Of a stretch of 64,000 nucleotides of DNA, positions 14,002-26,429 are shown piece after piece. The notes under the pieces were generated by a model. The model saw only the letters and a program-made list of their open reading frames with translations, was not told where the DNA came from and did not search any database. The DNA lies in the NCBI RefSeq assembly GCF_006345805.1, contig NC_043001.1, positions 51,212,001-51,276,000 of the forward strand. The letters are read 5' to 3'. The first letter of the stretch is position 1, and the number at the start of each line of letters is the position of its first letter. The translations under genes were made by a program, and so were the position numbers. This stretch comes from Octopus sinensis (Eukaryota).

Positions 14002-14439
14002 AGATAGATAAATAGATAGATAGATAGATAGACAGATATACATACACACTCATACATACAGTTACACACACACACAGAGCTAGTTCTAAAATCTCTAAAC
14101 AAGATATAAGTTGTAAATATACTAGATAGTAATGTTTTTATTTTTATTTTTAAGCACATCTGTTTATTCAAGTTTCCAAGTTCCACATATAGTTGTTACA
14201 CTTATGTGTAGTATGCACTAGAGTTGAAAATTCTGGAAATATTGTTTGCAGAGTCATTATATATTGAAAAAAAAAAAAAAGATTGGAAAAGTTTTTGGTA
14301 TTATTTATTGGCCATTACACATGTTTCATTTGCTAATAAGAGTTACAAAATTTTCCAATAGAATAAACACATTAGAAATCTCCTATTAGAAATTCTTCAG
14401 ACAGAGAAGAACCCCTTAAAATATATATCTACTAAACTG

Positions 14440-15330
14440 CTCAGAGATGTGAACTCTGGTTGCACTACTGATAACTCTGCTATTACTACCAGTATGAATT
14501 TCAATTGGGCAGGGCATCAAGCAAGGAGAAATCATCTCTCTAAATCTCTTCATTGTATGAATAAAAATGGTCATCAGAGACATTGATTAGATGGGCATAA
14601 ACATCAATGGCAAGCTATTAACACACCTCCGATTCACAAATGACATCATACTCATGGCTGAAACCCTAGATCAGCTGCAGATCAAGCTGACAGAGCTGGG
14701 CACCCATAGCTTAGCAGTAGACCTTAAAATAGATTATATGCAAATAAAATCTGAAACCACAGCACAAAGCTAAATAGAGATGGGAAGAGATGAAAGTGAA
14801 GAGGCAAAGAAGTATGTCTATTTAGGGCATGCAATGAACATGCACTGAAACATGGATGCTGAAATCTTAAAGAGAATAAGGGGCAGAATGGAAGGTATTT
14901 TCATCAACAAAGATGTGCTCAAAGCAAAGCTGGACAATACCATATAAGCCAGAGTCTTCTACAGGTTGTCCAGTTTGTGCTCTTATACACAAGTGAGATG
15001 TGGGCAACTACAAAGAAGGAAGAACATTGATTGACTACAATGCAAAGGGCCATGGAAATATTCATGATAGGAATATATTTATGAGAGCTTATCTGTAATG
15101 AGATAATTCCAGAATGGAGCTGATGTTTATTGCACAATAATGGAAGCACAAGTTCTACCTAGCTGGACATGTTGCAAGGTTCACAGACCTGTGTAGTTGT
15201 CAAGTGGGATCCAAAAGATTAGAAGATGCATTGAGAAGGCCTTTACAAGGATGGGAAGATGATTTAGTTAAACTATTTGGACCAAGATGGAAAAGAATGG
15301 TACAATCAAAAAAGAATTGAAAGTGTTTTG
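14440..15330 (+). mobile_element. Degenerate RTE-type LINE reverse transcriptase fragment
   Basis: GININGKLLTHLRFTNDIILMAETLDQLQ corresponds to LRFADDI; further remnants include YVYLG and AGHVAR-like segments. Confidence 0.8.
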
Positions 15331-15471
15331 CTTGTAAGGAGGGATGTATAACAACATCTGAGAGTCTGGTTAATACAATAATACAAGAACATGCATACAT
15401 ACGTGATAAAATGACACACACACATGCACATATATATATATATATACATACACACATATGTATGTATGTAA

Positions 15472-16815
15472 TATCTGTTGGACCCGGTGTTGCTTGTGTT
15501 TCCCATGTTGAAGTTAAGCCCACCTCTGACATTGTTTTGAAATCTTCTATGTTCTCCATGCCAAGTTTTATCCCTTGAGATGTTATATCTGGTTCGGTAG
15601 TCAAAATCAGACAAAAATGCAAAAAGCTGCAGGAAAAATAACATTGTTATAGGAATTTCCATTCAAATACCCAATGGAGCTCACAAAAATCGATGTCAAC
15701 TGATCATTACTGAGTTTTCCAAAAATTTCGGCCTTATTTGAACTTCAGGGCATGTGATCTACCTATGTGCCAAAATCATTAAAATTGGTTGGACGGTGTG
15801 GGAGGAGATAGAGTAACCACAAACGCAGACACACAGACAGACACCATTACACATTTATGTATATAGACTAGCTGTTGCTCGTGTATTCCATGTTGAAGTT
15901 AAGCCCACCTCTGACCTTGTATGGAAATCTTCTACGTTCCCCATGCCAACTATTACCCATTAAGATGTTATATCTGGTTCGGCAGGGATTTCACTTGGTT
16001 AACACTTTCAACATACTCCTACATACTGGAGCGTCTGAAATCACAATCAAACTTTTGGGTGCACTTCGACCCATTGTGAGTGGTGTTTGTTTATTTCTTT
16101 CCCCTTAATGCCACCCTCTGTACAAAATTGATCAGCGTGTCCAATCTCAACAAAATCCAAAGAAAAGTGTTAAGGTTATGTCATAAAATAGAATCCATGT
16201 GACCATTTACACGAAAAGTTACAGCCAAAAATAAAATCCCTATGAGTATTTGCATGCAAAATGCCTATTGATTTTATAAAACCACTGTTCAAGAGCATTT
16301 ATCGATTTTTTGCCAACGCTATCGGAGTTCTACACTCTCGGAGTGGTTGGCGTTAGGAAGGGCATCCAGCTGTAGAAACACTGCCAGATCTGACTGGACT
16401 GGTGCAGCTTTCGGGCTCCCCAGACCCCAGTTGAACCGTCCAACCCATGCTAGCATGGAAAGCGGACGTTAAATGATGATGATGATGATGATGCTATATA
16501 CTGACATCAACTCACTGCCATTAGCCCCACTCACTCATCAATTTTCATCAAAATCAGACAAAAAAGGCAAAAGCTGCAGGAAAAATAACATCGTTATGGG
16601 AATTTCCATTCAAACACCTGATTGAGCTCATAAAAATCGATGCCAACTGGGCATTATCGAGTTTTCGAAAAATCCCGGTCTTATTTGAACTATAGGGCAT
16701 GTGATCTATCTATGTGCCAAAAATTATTAAAATCAGTTGAATGGAGTGGGAAGAGTTAGAGTAAATCCAAACACACACACACACACACAGACACCATTAC
16801 ACATTTATGTATATG
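15472..16815 (+). mobile_element. Tandem pair of non-autonomous Helentron/DINE-like elements (internally deleted 15472-15867, longer 15868-16815 with a SINE-like insert at ~16320-16495)
   Basis: Both units share the 5' block ccatgttgaagttaagcccacctctgac and the 3' block aaaatcagacaaaaa...cagacaccattacacatttatgtatat. ACTAG-type start; AC-rich microsatellite before the end. Confidence 0.55.
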
Positions 16816-18334
16816 TATGTATGTATGTATTGCATGGTCGGGTCGTCGGCAACTAAACCGGCAACCCCACCAAGCTTGCTTGGTGAGGAGGGTGTTTATT
16901 GGACACCCTGCGGGATGAAAAACAAAACCCATCAAAGGGCGGAGGAACTCTTGAGAGTTAACGGCCATCAATAAATGTCTTAAGGATGTATCATGCGAGG
17001 GGACATAGAAATAATTGGACTGAATACCCGATCGCGTGGTTAAACCATTGGGAGTGAAGGACTCCTAGCGTTTGTTAGGGCATCCTTCTAGGAGAAGGTA
17101 AATCAGGTAACTGGGATAACTTCGACATAAAACCTGCGGCTCAGTGGTTACCGATGATGTTGACTTGTTCTTCTTTTCGGATTATGGCTGCTGTTGCTTA
17201 GTGTGTGGGATTGACTCAGTGCACAGCCTTTCCTCACTTTAAAAAAAATCTTCTTGCACAGGCATTGCATGATAACAACATTGATTAAGCTTCGTGCAAT
17301 GGCCATACTCGATAACAAGGAGGCAGCCACTATGTATGTATGTCATTATTCAGTTTAATTTTCAAATTTCTTGCCAATAGAGAAAGAGCTGGCTTCTAAC
17401 CTACATCCAAGGCTCCTTCACTGGAATTTTGACAATATCAACAGAGTATTTTTGTATGTATGTATATGTGCAGAGTTGTATGTTTTGTTTGATGTATGTA
17501 TGTATGTATGTCATTATTCAGTTTTGTTTAGAGATTTCTTATCAATAGAGAAAGAACCGGTTTCTAACCAAGATCCAAGGCTCCTTCATTGGAATTTCAA
17601 CACCAACTGGGTATTTTTGTATGTATGTATGTAGCCACAGAGGGCTAAACATAGAGGAGACAAACAAGGACAGACAAAGGTATTAAGAAAATTACATCGA
17701 CACCAATGCGTAACTGGTACTTATTTAATCGACCCTGAAAGGATGAAAGGCAAAGTTGACCTCAGCAGAATTTGAACTCAGAATGTAATGGCAGACAAAA
17801 TACCACTAAGCGTTTCACCCAGCATGCTAACAATTCTGCCAGCTCGCTGCCTTTAGAGTAAGAAATATTGGTTTCATTTGGGGCTTATTTTATCAACCCC
17901 AAGAGGATGAAAGGTAAAGTCAACCTCAGCAGAATTTGAACTTAAAACATAAAGAAGGATGAAATACTGATAAGCATTTTGATCAGCATGCCAAGGATTC
18001 TGCCAGCTCACCATCTTTAGAGTAAGAAATATTAAAAAATGATCCTCCAAGCAGAGAAAAATTCAATGAAATATCATTGGTTCTGATTGGCTGCTTGGTA
18101 TATAGAAATGAAGTAAAAAGTGTTAGGTGCAAACCATTTCATTGTTTGTTGAAATATATTTGCCTGCTATTGAGTGAAAGAAAAGAGTAAGAAAACGTGT
18201 TAAAAGGTGAAATTGTTAAATTCAGGGTCAATAAAGCATCAACTGAAATGAAAAGCTAATATATGTTGTGTGAAAGTGTATTAGCACCTATTTTGTTAGT
18301 ACACTTGAAGAAATAAATCAGTAAAATAACTTAC

Positions 18335-18655
18335 TTATAACTTTTATTAAGAATATGAGATGTGAAGAACTTTCTGGTCGATTACACTTAATTTGAATAT
18401 TGTCATGTTCCTTAGTAATAGAAGGGAAAGTGAGAAAAGTAACCTTCTGTCTTCTAGAGCAGTTACTTTTTATTCCTTCGAAAAGCTTATTCTGTGTAAC
18501 GTGAGGAAAAGCTTTCCTACATTCTAAATAAGAGAACAAATAGATATTATTTGTAGATTCCCAGGAAACCTTAACTCCAGGAAAATTGCATTGAAGAGTG
18601 ACTGGTTTGGATAAAAAAGCCTTAATGGTTGTGACATGTGGCACAATTTCATTTT
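18335..18655 (-). CDS. Ig-superfamily gene, N-terminal Ig-like domain exon, copy B (tandem duplicate)
   Basis: 321 nt open exon with the same splice sites as copy A, offset by 1388 bp. Eight amino-acid differences from copy A. Confidence 0.85.
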
Positions 18656-19722
18656 CTGGAAAGAAAAAGAAAATAAAATATAAAATAAACAAATAAAGAA
18701 CTAACGAGGGGGATGCAGCCACTATGTATGTATGTCATTATTCAGTTTAATTTTCAAATTTCTTGCCAATAGAGAATGAGCTGGCTTCTAACCTACATCC
18801 AAGGCTTCTTCACAGGAATTTTGACAATATCAACAGAGTATTTTTGTATGTATATGTGCAGAGTTGTATGTTTTGTTTGATGTATGTATGTATGTCATTA
18901 TTCAGTTTTGTTTAGAGATTTCTTATCAATAGAGAAAGAACCGGTTTCTAACCAAGATCCAAGGCTCCTTCATTGGAATTTCAACACCAACTGGGTATTT
19001 TTGTATGTATGTATGTATGTAGCCACAGAGGGCTAAACATAGAGGAGACAAACAAGGACAGACAAAGGTATTAAGAAAATTACATCGACACCAATGCGTA
19101 ACTGGTACTTATTTAATCGACCCTGAAAGGATGAAAGGCAAAGTTGACCTCAGCAGAATTTGAACTCAGAATGTAATGGCAGACAAAATACCACTAAGCG
19201 TTTCACCCAGCATGCTAACAATTCTGCCAGCTCGCTGCCTTTAGAGTAAGAAATATTGGTTTCATTTGGGGCTTATTTTATCAACCCCAAGAGGATGAAA
19301 GGTAAAGTCAACCTCAGCAGAATTTGAACTTAAAACATAAAGAAGGATGAAATACTGATAAGCATTTTGATCAGCATGCCAAGGATTCTGCCAGCTCACC
19401 ATCTTTAGAGTAAGAAATATTAAAAAATGATCCTCCAAGCAGAGAAAAATTCAATGAAATATCATTGGTTCTGATTGGCTGCTTGGTATATAGAAATGAA
19501 GTAAAAAGTGCTAGGAGCAAACCATTTCATTGTTTGTTGAAATATATTTGCCTGCTATTGAGTGAAAGAAAAGAGTAAGAAAACGTGTTAAAAGGTGAAA
19601 TTGTTAAATTCAGGGTCAATAAAGCATCAACTGAAATGAAAAGCTAATATATGTTGTGTGAAAGTGTATTAGCACCTATTTTGTTAGTACACTTGAAGAA
19701 ATAAATCAGTAAAATAACTTAC

Positions 19723-20043
19723 TTATAACTTTTATTAAGAATATGAGATGTGAAGAACTTCCTGGTCGATTACACTTAATTTGAATATTGTCATGTTCCT
19801 TGGTGATAGAAGGTAAAGTGAGAAATGTAACCTTCTGTTTCCTAGAGCAGTTACTTTTTACTCCTTCAAAAAGCTTATTCTGTGTAACGTGAGGAAAAGC
19901 TTTCCTACATTCTAAATAAGAGAACAAATAAATATTATTTGTAGATTCCCAGGAAACCTTAACTCCAGGAAAATGGCATTGAAGAGTGACTGGTTTGGAT
20001 AAAAAAGCCTTAATGGTTTTTTCATGTGGCATAATTTCATTTT
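19723..20043 (-). CDS. Ig-superfamily gene, N-terminal Ig-like domain exon, copy A
   Basis: 321 nt open exon with ttttctttccAG acceptor and GTAAGT donor, phase 1-1. Ig pattern VTLQC...VSW...LTLPSITKEHDNIQIKC plus an extra Cys pair (ECR, NCS). Confidence 0.88.
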
Positions 20044-20306
20044 CTGGAAAGAAAAAGAAAATAAAATATAAAATAAACAAATAAAGAACTAAAATCGTTT
20101 GAAGAAATTAAGAATGGTGATTAGATATTTTTAGTTTGTTTTAGACATTACAGTGAATAAAACGTTGGAGAACTGCCTCTGTGTATGTATACTGATTATT
20201 AAGGAAAATAATTATTGTTTATTAATGAAAAAGCTTAATGAAAGAAAAAGAATCTTTTAACAAGAATTAAGAACTTTGTCATGCCCAGGTTTCTTTTATC
20301 ATCTTT

Positions 20307-20364
<58 letters not shown>

Positions 20365-20521
20365 GGGTCAATAAAAAAAATGGTTTAGTGTCTCAACTTT
20401 TCCTTTCATCCTTTCAAGTTCAATACATTTAGTACTAGTGAAATACTGTCCCCTCTCCCCAAATTTCAGGCTGTGTGCCTTTAGTAGAAAGGATAATATT
20501 TATAATAATAATAATAATAAT

Positions 20522-20553
<32 letters not shown>

Positions 20554-21530
20554 AAAAACAATTATAATTATAATTACTAGCTGGACATGTGAAAAATTCA
20601 CAGGAAACATGAAAAATGTAAGCATCTATAAACTGTGTGTTGGAGCCATGTGAAATGTTTCTATATTGTGACGGTTACAGAATATAGAAAGACGTATAAA
20701 ACTGATAACTATATAATCCAACCAAAATATCTCAGTTACGCAAACATAAACAAAATTACTATTTAGCCTTAAAATACATCGTAGATATTCAAAGAACCTT
20801 CTTGGTTTAGTGGTACGGAACATTCTTCTAGTATTCCTTTATTCTTTTACTTGTTTCAGTAATTTGACAGTGGCCATGCTGGAGCTCCACCCTTTAGCCA
20901 AAGAAATCAACCACTGGACTTATTCCCCGTAAGCCTGGTATATATTCTATCAGTCGCTTCTGGAGAACATCTAAGTTATAGGGATGCAAACACACCAACA
21001 TTGGTTGTCAAATAATGGCAGTGGTAAGACAAACACAGACACAAACACAGACACATAAAAATATTATATATATATGTTTCTTTATTACCCACAGGGGGCT
21101 AAACAGAGGGGACAAACAAGGACAGACAAACGGATTAAGTCGATTACATCGACCTCAGTGCGTAACTGGTACTTAATTTACCGACCCCGAAAGGATGAAA
21201 GGCAAAGTCGACCTTGGCGGAATTTGAACTCAGAATGTAGTGACAGGCGAAATACCGCAAAGCATTTCGCCCGGCGTGCTAACGTCTCTGCCAGCTCGCC
21301 GCCTTTTGCCAGCTTGCTGCCTTTTTATATCATCATCATCATCATCGTCGTTTAGCGTCCGTTTTCCATGCTAGCATGGGTTGGACGGTTCTACTGGGGT
21401 CTGTGAAGCCAGAAGGCTTCATCAGCCCAGTCAAATCTGGCAGTTTTCTACGGCGGATGCCCTTCCTAACGCCAACCACTCCGTGAGTGTATGTATATAT
21501 ATATATATATATACATATATATGTATATAC

Positions 21531-21600
<70 letters not shown>

Positions 21601-21902
21601 ATATATATATATACATATTATATTTTATTTATATATATATATAATAATGATGATGATGATGATAATAATAATAAAATGTACAACAAAAGCATGAGACATT
21701 GATATTAGAGAAATAGAGGATTATTTACATCATCATCATCATCATCATCATTTAACGTCCGCTTTCCATGCTAGCATGGGTTGGACGGTTCAACTGGGGT
21801 CTGGGGAGCCCGAAAGCTGCACCAGTCCAGTCAGATCTGGCAGTGTTTCTACAGCTGGATGCCCTTCCTAACGCCAACCACTCCGAGAGTGTAGTGGGTG
21901 AT

Positions 21903-22210
21903 TTTATGTGCCACCGACACAGGTGCCAGACGAGGCTGACAAACGGCCACGCTCGGATGTGTTTTTATGTGCCACCGACACAGGTGCCAGACGAGGCTGG
22001 CAGACGGCCACGCTCGGATGGTGTTTTTATGTGCCACCGACACAGGTGCCAGACGAGGCTGGCAGACGGCACGCTCGGATGGTGTTTTTATGTGCCACCG
22101 ACACAGGTGCCAGACGAGGCTGGCAGACGGCCACGCTCGGATGGTGTTTTTATGTGCCACCGACACAGGTGCCAGATGAGGCTGGCAAACGGCCACGATC
22201 GGATGGTGCT
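21903..22210. repeat. Minisatellite, ~62-bp unit, about 5 copies (another at ~22485-22560), inside a retroelement
   Basis: Unit ttttatgtgccaccgacacaggtgccagacgaggctggcagacggccacgctcggatggtgt with no unique spacers. Confidence 0.9.
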
Positions 22211-22699
22211 TGTTACGTGCCCACAGCACGGAGGCCAGTCGATGCGGTACTGGCTACGGCCACATTCGGATGGTTTTCTTATGTGCCACGTGCCACCGGC
22301 ACTGGTACCACAAAGATAAAATTCCATTGATGTTCATCTATTTTGATTTGTTTTGATTTGATTTGATTTTCACTTGCCTCAACAGGTCTTCACAAGTGTC
22401 ACAAGAAGGAAGGTATGCACAGGTGGACTGACTACGTCCCAGTAGGGGCCATGGGTTATGGCCTGACTAGTCTTGCCGGGTCTTCGGATGGTGTTTTTAT
22501 GTGCCACCGACACAGGTGCTAGATGAGGCTGGCGAACGGCCACGATCGGATGGTGTTTGTCATGTGCCCACCGCACTGACTACGGCACTGATGGATTTCT
22601 TGTGTGCCACAGCACTGGTACCACAAGATACAATTCCATTGATATATACATATATATATATATACATATACATATATATATATATGTACATATATATAC

Positions 22700-22732
<33 letters not shown>

Positions 22733-22767
22733 CATTATATATATATATATATATATAATATATATAT

Positions 22768-22800
<33 letters not shown>

Positions 22801-22810
22801 ATGTATATGT

Positions 22811-23152
22811 GGAGGCACATGGCTCAGTGGTTAGAGCGTCGAGCTTACGATCGTGAGGTGTGAGTTCGAATCCCAGACGGGCTGCGTGTTGTGTTCTTGA
22901 GCAAAGCACTTTATTTCACATTGCTCCAGTTCACTCAGCTGTAGAAATGAGTTGCGACGTCACTGGTGCCAAGCTGTATCGACCTTTGTCTTTCCTTTGG
23001 ATAAAACTGGTGCGTGGAGAGGGGGAGGCCGGTATGCATGGGCGACTACTGGTCTTCCATAAAAACAACCTTGCCCAGACTTGTGCCTCAGAGGGTAACT
23101 CTCTAGGTGCAAACCCATGGTCACTCATGACCGAAGGGGGTCTTTACCCTTT
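22811..23152 (+). mobile_element. tRNA-derived SINE, family C (V-SINE-like core)
   Basis: tggctcagtggttagagc (A box), gagttcgaatcc (B box) and the core gtgttcttgagcaaagcactttatttcacattgctccag. Related copies at ~23790, 24960, 30502, 33660(-), 53700 and 61800(-). Confidence 0.8.
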
Positions 23153-25555
23153 AATGTATATGTATTTTATTTATATATATATATATATATATGATGGGCT
23201 TCTTTCAGTTTCCATCTACCAAATTCACTCACAAGGCTTTGGTTGGCCCGAGGCTATAGAAGAAGAAACTCTTTAAAGTATAGACTTGAATTTTGTGTAG
23301 CCACCTGTTGGCAGCTTTTCTCCCCCACCAATTTTGGAAGGAGTATTACCCATTTTTCTGGGTTCTTTGCACACCTATACCCCATCTGAAATTTGTTTTA
23401 GTTTTTGCATGAAAAAGAAAAGGAAGGGAGGGAGGCTTATAGAGAAAACGTTAAATGTGCTTAAAAAAACGTGGATTTTCCCCACCACCTAAAATATATG
23501 AAGAACTATGAAAGAAGGCAAATAAGTACCGGGGGAAGGGGGTGAAAGAAGACAGAGCTAACAGTCGATCATTCTAAAACTCCCGGAATAAAAACGTGAA
23601 CACCTGAAAGACTTTCCCTCTATTTATTACTAAATATCTTTCCCTCTTCTTCATTGTTAAAAGTAAAGAAGCTAGAAAAGATTGATTGTATTTCAGTCTA
23701 ATTGTCATTATAGATGAGGGAGGCTTTCCTTTCTCTGTCTCTGTCACTTTACTCCTTTTCGCTACAGTTAAGAGAGCGAAGGTATGAAGCTCAGTGGCTA
23801 GAAGTATTTGGTTCATGATCATAAAGTCATGAGTATGACTCCCTGTGGTGCACTATGCAGTCCACCCAACTGGCAAAAATTAGTTGTAGCTGTTATTCAA
23901 AGGGCCCAGCCTTGTCACATTCTGTGTGAGGCTGAACTCCTTGAGAATTACCTTATGGTATAAATGTCTGTGGAGTACACAGCCACTTGCATGTTAATTT
24001 TACAAGAAGACTATTCGTTGATCACATAAACAGGAACCTCTTCGTCATAACTGATGGAGTGCCATTTTTTAAGAGAAGGTAAAGGAAATGTTCCATATCA
24101 TAAGACTAAAGTGTCATGTGTTTAGTATAAGCAGTAAAAGCTAAGATGAAATAATTACTATTCCATTGTGTATTTGCCCTCAACTCTGGCTCAGTTTGAT
24201 AACAACAGCCTGCACATCGGTGTTTATCTGGGGGCTTGGCCTTCAGGTCTATGAGACCCACAAATGCTGCTGTTAGAACTGGATTAACACCCAAAGTGAC
24301 CCTAATGACTAAAAAGATTTTCCTGCCCTTGTATAGGATCTTCTTTCATTTTCTTCTAACCATTTTCTTCTAACCAGCCTACTCAGCTAGCCAAAATAAG
24401 TTGTAGCTGAAATTCAAAGGGGCCAGCCTTGTCATATTCTGTGTGAGACTGAATTTCCCTGAGAACTACGTTAATGATATGCATGTCTGTGGAGTACTCA
24501 GCCACTTGCGAGTTAATTTTATCCTCGTGTGGTAATGAAAAGTGAAAGTGACACCTAATACTTGTGTTTATGTATCTATGTATCAACTTTTCTTTGGATC
24601 TATGTATCTACTGTCTCTCTCACTTCCTCTGTGTCCCTCCTCTCTTCCGCTTTTAATTTAACAGTGTGTGTATGTATCCATGTATCTACTTTTCTTGCGA
24701 TGTGATAAGTATTTATAATCATAAAATGAACACTGTCCCCACTCACTGTTTCTTTCACTCCCTCTCTTTCTCTTTCTCTCTCACTATCTCACTTTCTCTC
24801 TTACTTCCTCTCTGTTCTCCTCTCTCTCACTTTTTCACTCACAAAAAAGAACTAATTGGCATATTAATATTATTAATTATTATCAGTATCATTATTATCA
24901 TCATCATTATTATTATTGTTATTAAGGCGGTGAGCTGGCAGAATCATTACCACGCCAGGTGAATCATGAGGTAGTGAGTTCGATTCCTGGACTGGGCTGT
25001 GTTGCGTTCTTGAGCAGGACGCTTTATTTGACATTGCTCCAGTTCACTTAGCTGTAGAAATGAGTTGTCACTAGTCCCAAGTTACATCAGCCTTTGCCTT
25101 TCTCTTGGACAAATGTCAGTGGCATGGAAAGAGGAGAATGGTATGCACGGGTGACTGCTGATCTTCCAGAAACAGCCTTGCCTGGACTTGTGCCTCGGAA
25201 GGAACATGCTAGGTGCAATTCCATGGTCATTCATAACCAATGGGTTCTTTACCATTTTTCTTATGCCAATTATTAGTATCATTATTATGTGACTCAATTA
25301 GAAAGGAAGAAACAGCATTCATGAACTTTCCCTGGTCCGCAAAACTGGAAGTGGGAAACAGGAGGGCTGTTACTTTCAAGCCAGGCTAAAGTCCTGATTC
25401 AAATGCTTCCAGTAGATTTGATTGCTCTAAAGGCACTCAATGGTTGAATGATGGTTTTAAAAATCAGGTGATAAATTAATTCTGCCACTCAATTCAATAA
25501 CCATTGTCACCTCTTTGAATACTGTTAATTGAATACATATCGAATTCAAACTTAC

Positions 25556-25613
25556 CGCTCGAATAAGAAATAACTGTGAAAAGCAATAATATAATGCCTT
25601 GTTGCAACATCAT
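25556..25613 (-). CDS. Ig-superfamily gene, first coding exon (signal peptide MMLQQGIILLLFTVISYSS)
   Basis: Minus strand ttattcttctattgcAG|ATG ATG TTG...TCG AGC G|GTAAGT. It is 58 nt (19 codons + 1, phase 1) with a hydrophobic core, and splices in frame (G+AA = Glu) to the Ig exon starting at 20043 or 18655. Confidence 0.8.
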
Positions 25614-25829
25614 CTGCAATAGAAGAATAAATAGATGAGTGATTAATCTAATTGACTAAATGGCATTTGCAACAGTAAATTTTATCCTTTGATAATTACA
25701 TTTAATAGAATTATAGATTCTAGAGATTCAGTTTAATAATATTTATTACTCCTTCACATCCTCATTTAACCCTTTAGCATTCTGATTATTCTACCAAATG
25801 CAATGCTTATTTATTCACATTGCTTTTAA

Positions 25830-26046
25830 TTAACCTTTTCGTTACCAGCCTGGCTGAAACTGGCTCTGGCTCTGAGTACAAATGTCTTCTTTTCATAAGT
25901 TTTGAATTAAAATCTTCCACCGAAGCTTATCACAATTTATGTTCCTAAATGATAACTAAGTTATTTTACTAAATTCTTTGTTATATTTAAAGAAATTGAA
26001 AGAAACACAGAGCATCTCAAAATAAATACAGTAACAAAGGGGTTAA
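25830..26046. mobile_element. TTAA-flanked MITE (piggyBac-type ends)
   Basis: ttaacc(t)tttcgttac ... gtaacaaaggggttaa; an inverted homolog lies at 27019-27231. Confidence 0.7.
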
Positions 26047-26429
26047 CCATGCATTATTTTGTAGCTTTGAGATTTTGATGAGGTAACTGTTCATTTCTAG
26101 AATGATATTGTAGGATTGGTGTGAGGGGTCAGACACGACTAGTTTGTACATAAAACAGAGAGAATGTTTTGACTGGATAAGGCTGGTTTAAATGCCACAG
26201 GATCAATATCCTTTTTTTTTCCATGCATGGGTTGGGCGAGTTTATTTGAGGTGGATTTTTATGACTGGATGCCCTTCTTGTCACCAAGCAGATAATACAA
26301 TTATTTACAACTATCATTCAATGCTCAAGGCAGGATACAAAAACATACAGTCATTCACACACACAAGCACATTTCTTTACAACCCCCAAAACTTCACTTT
26401 AACTCAAAAGAATTCAAAAGGTCTATATA

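Larger units (their letters stand above)
17323..20092. repeat. Tandem duplication of ~1.39 kb (17323-18704 and 18715-20092), each unit carrying one Ig exon plus downstream intron with SINEs
   Basis: Direct comparison of the two units; they are nearly identical outside the exon. Confidence 0.95.

Noticed and set aside
21074-21355. ORFs containing YRPRKDERQSRP or VYQIHSQGF as protein-coding genes
   Set aside because: The same peptides recur wherever SINE families A or B occur, so they are repeat read-through.
21903-22210. Regular ~62-bp repeats as a CRISPR array
   Set aside because: Units are contiguous and near-identical with no unique spacers, there are no cas genes, and the context is a eukaryotic retroelement.
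22811-22885. tRNA gene (also 28235-28310 and the family A heads)
   Set aside because: A/B boxes are present but run into multi-copy SINE bodies, and I see no convincing acceptor stem or terminator.
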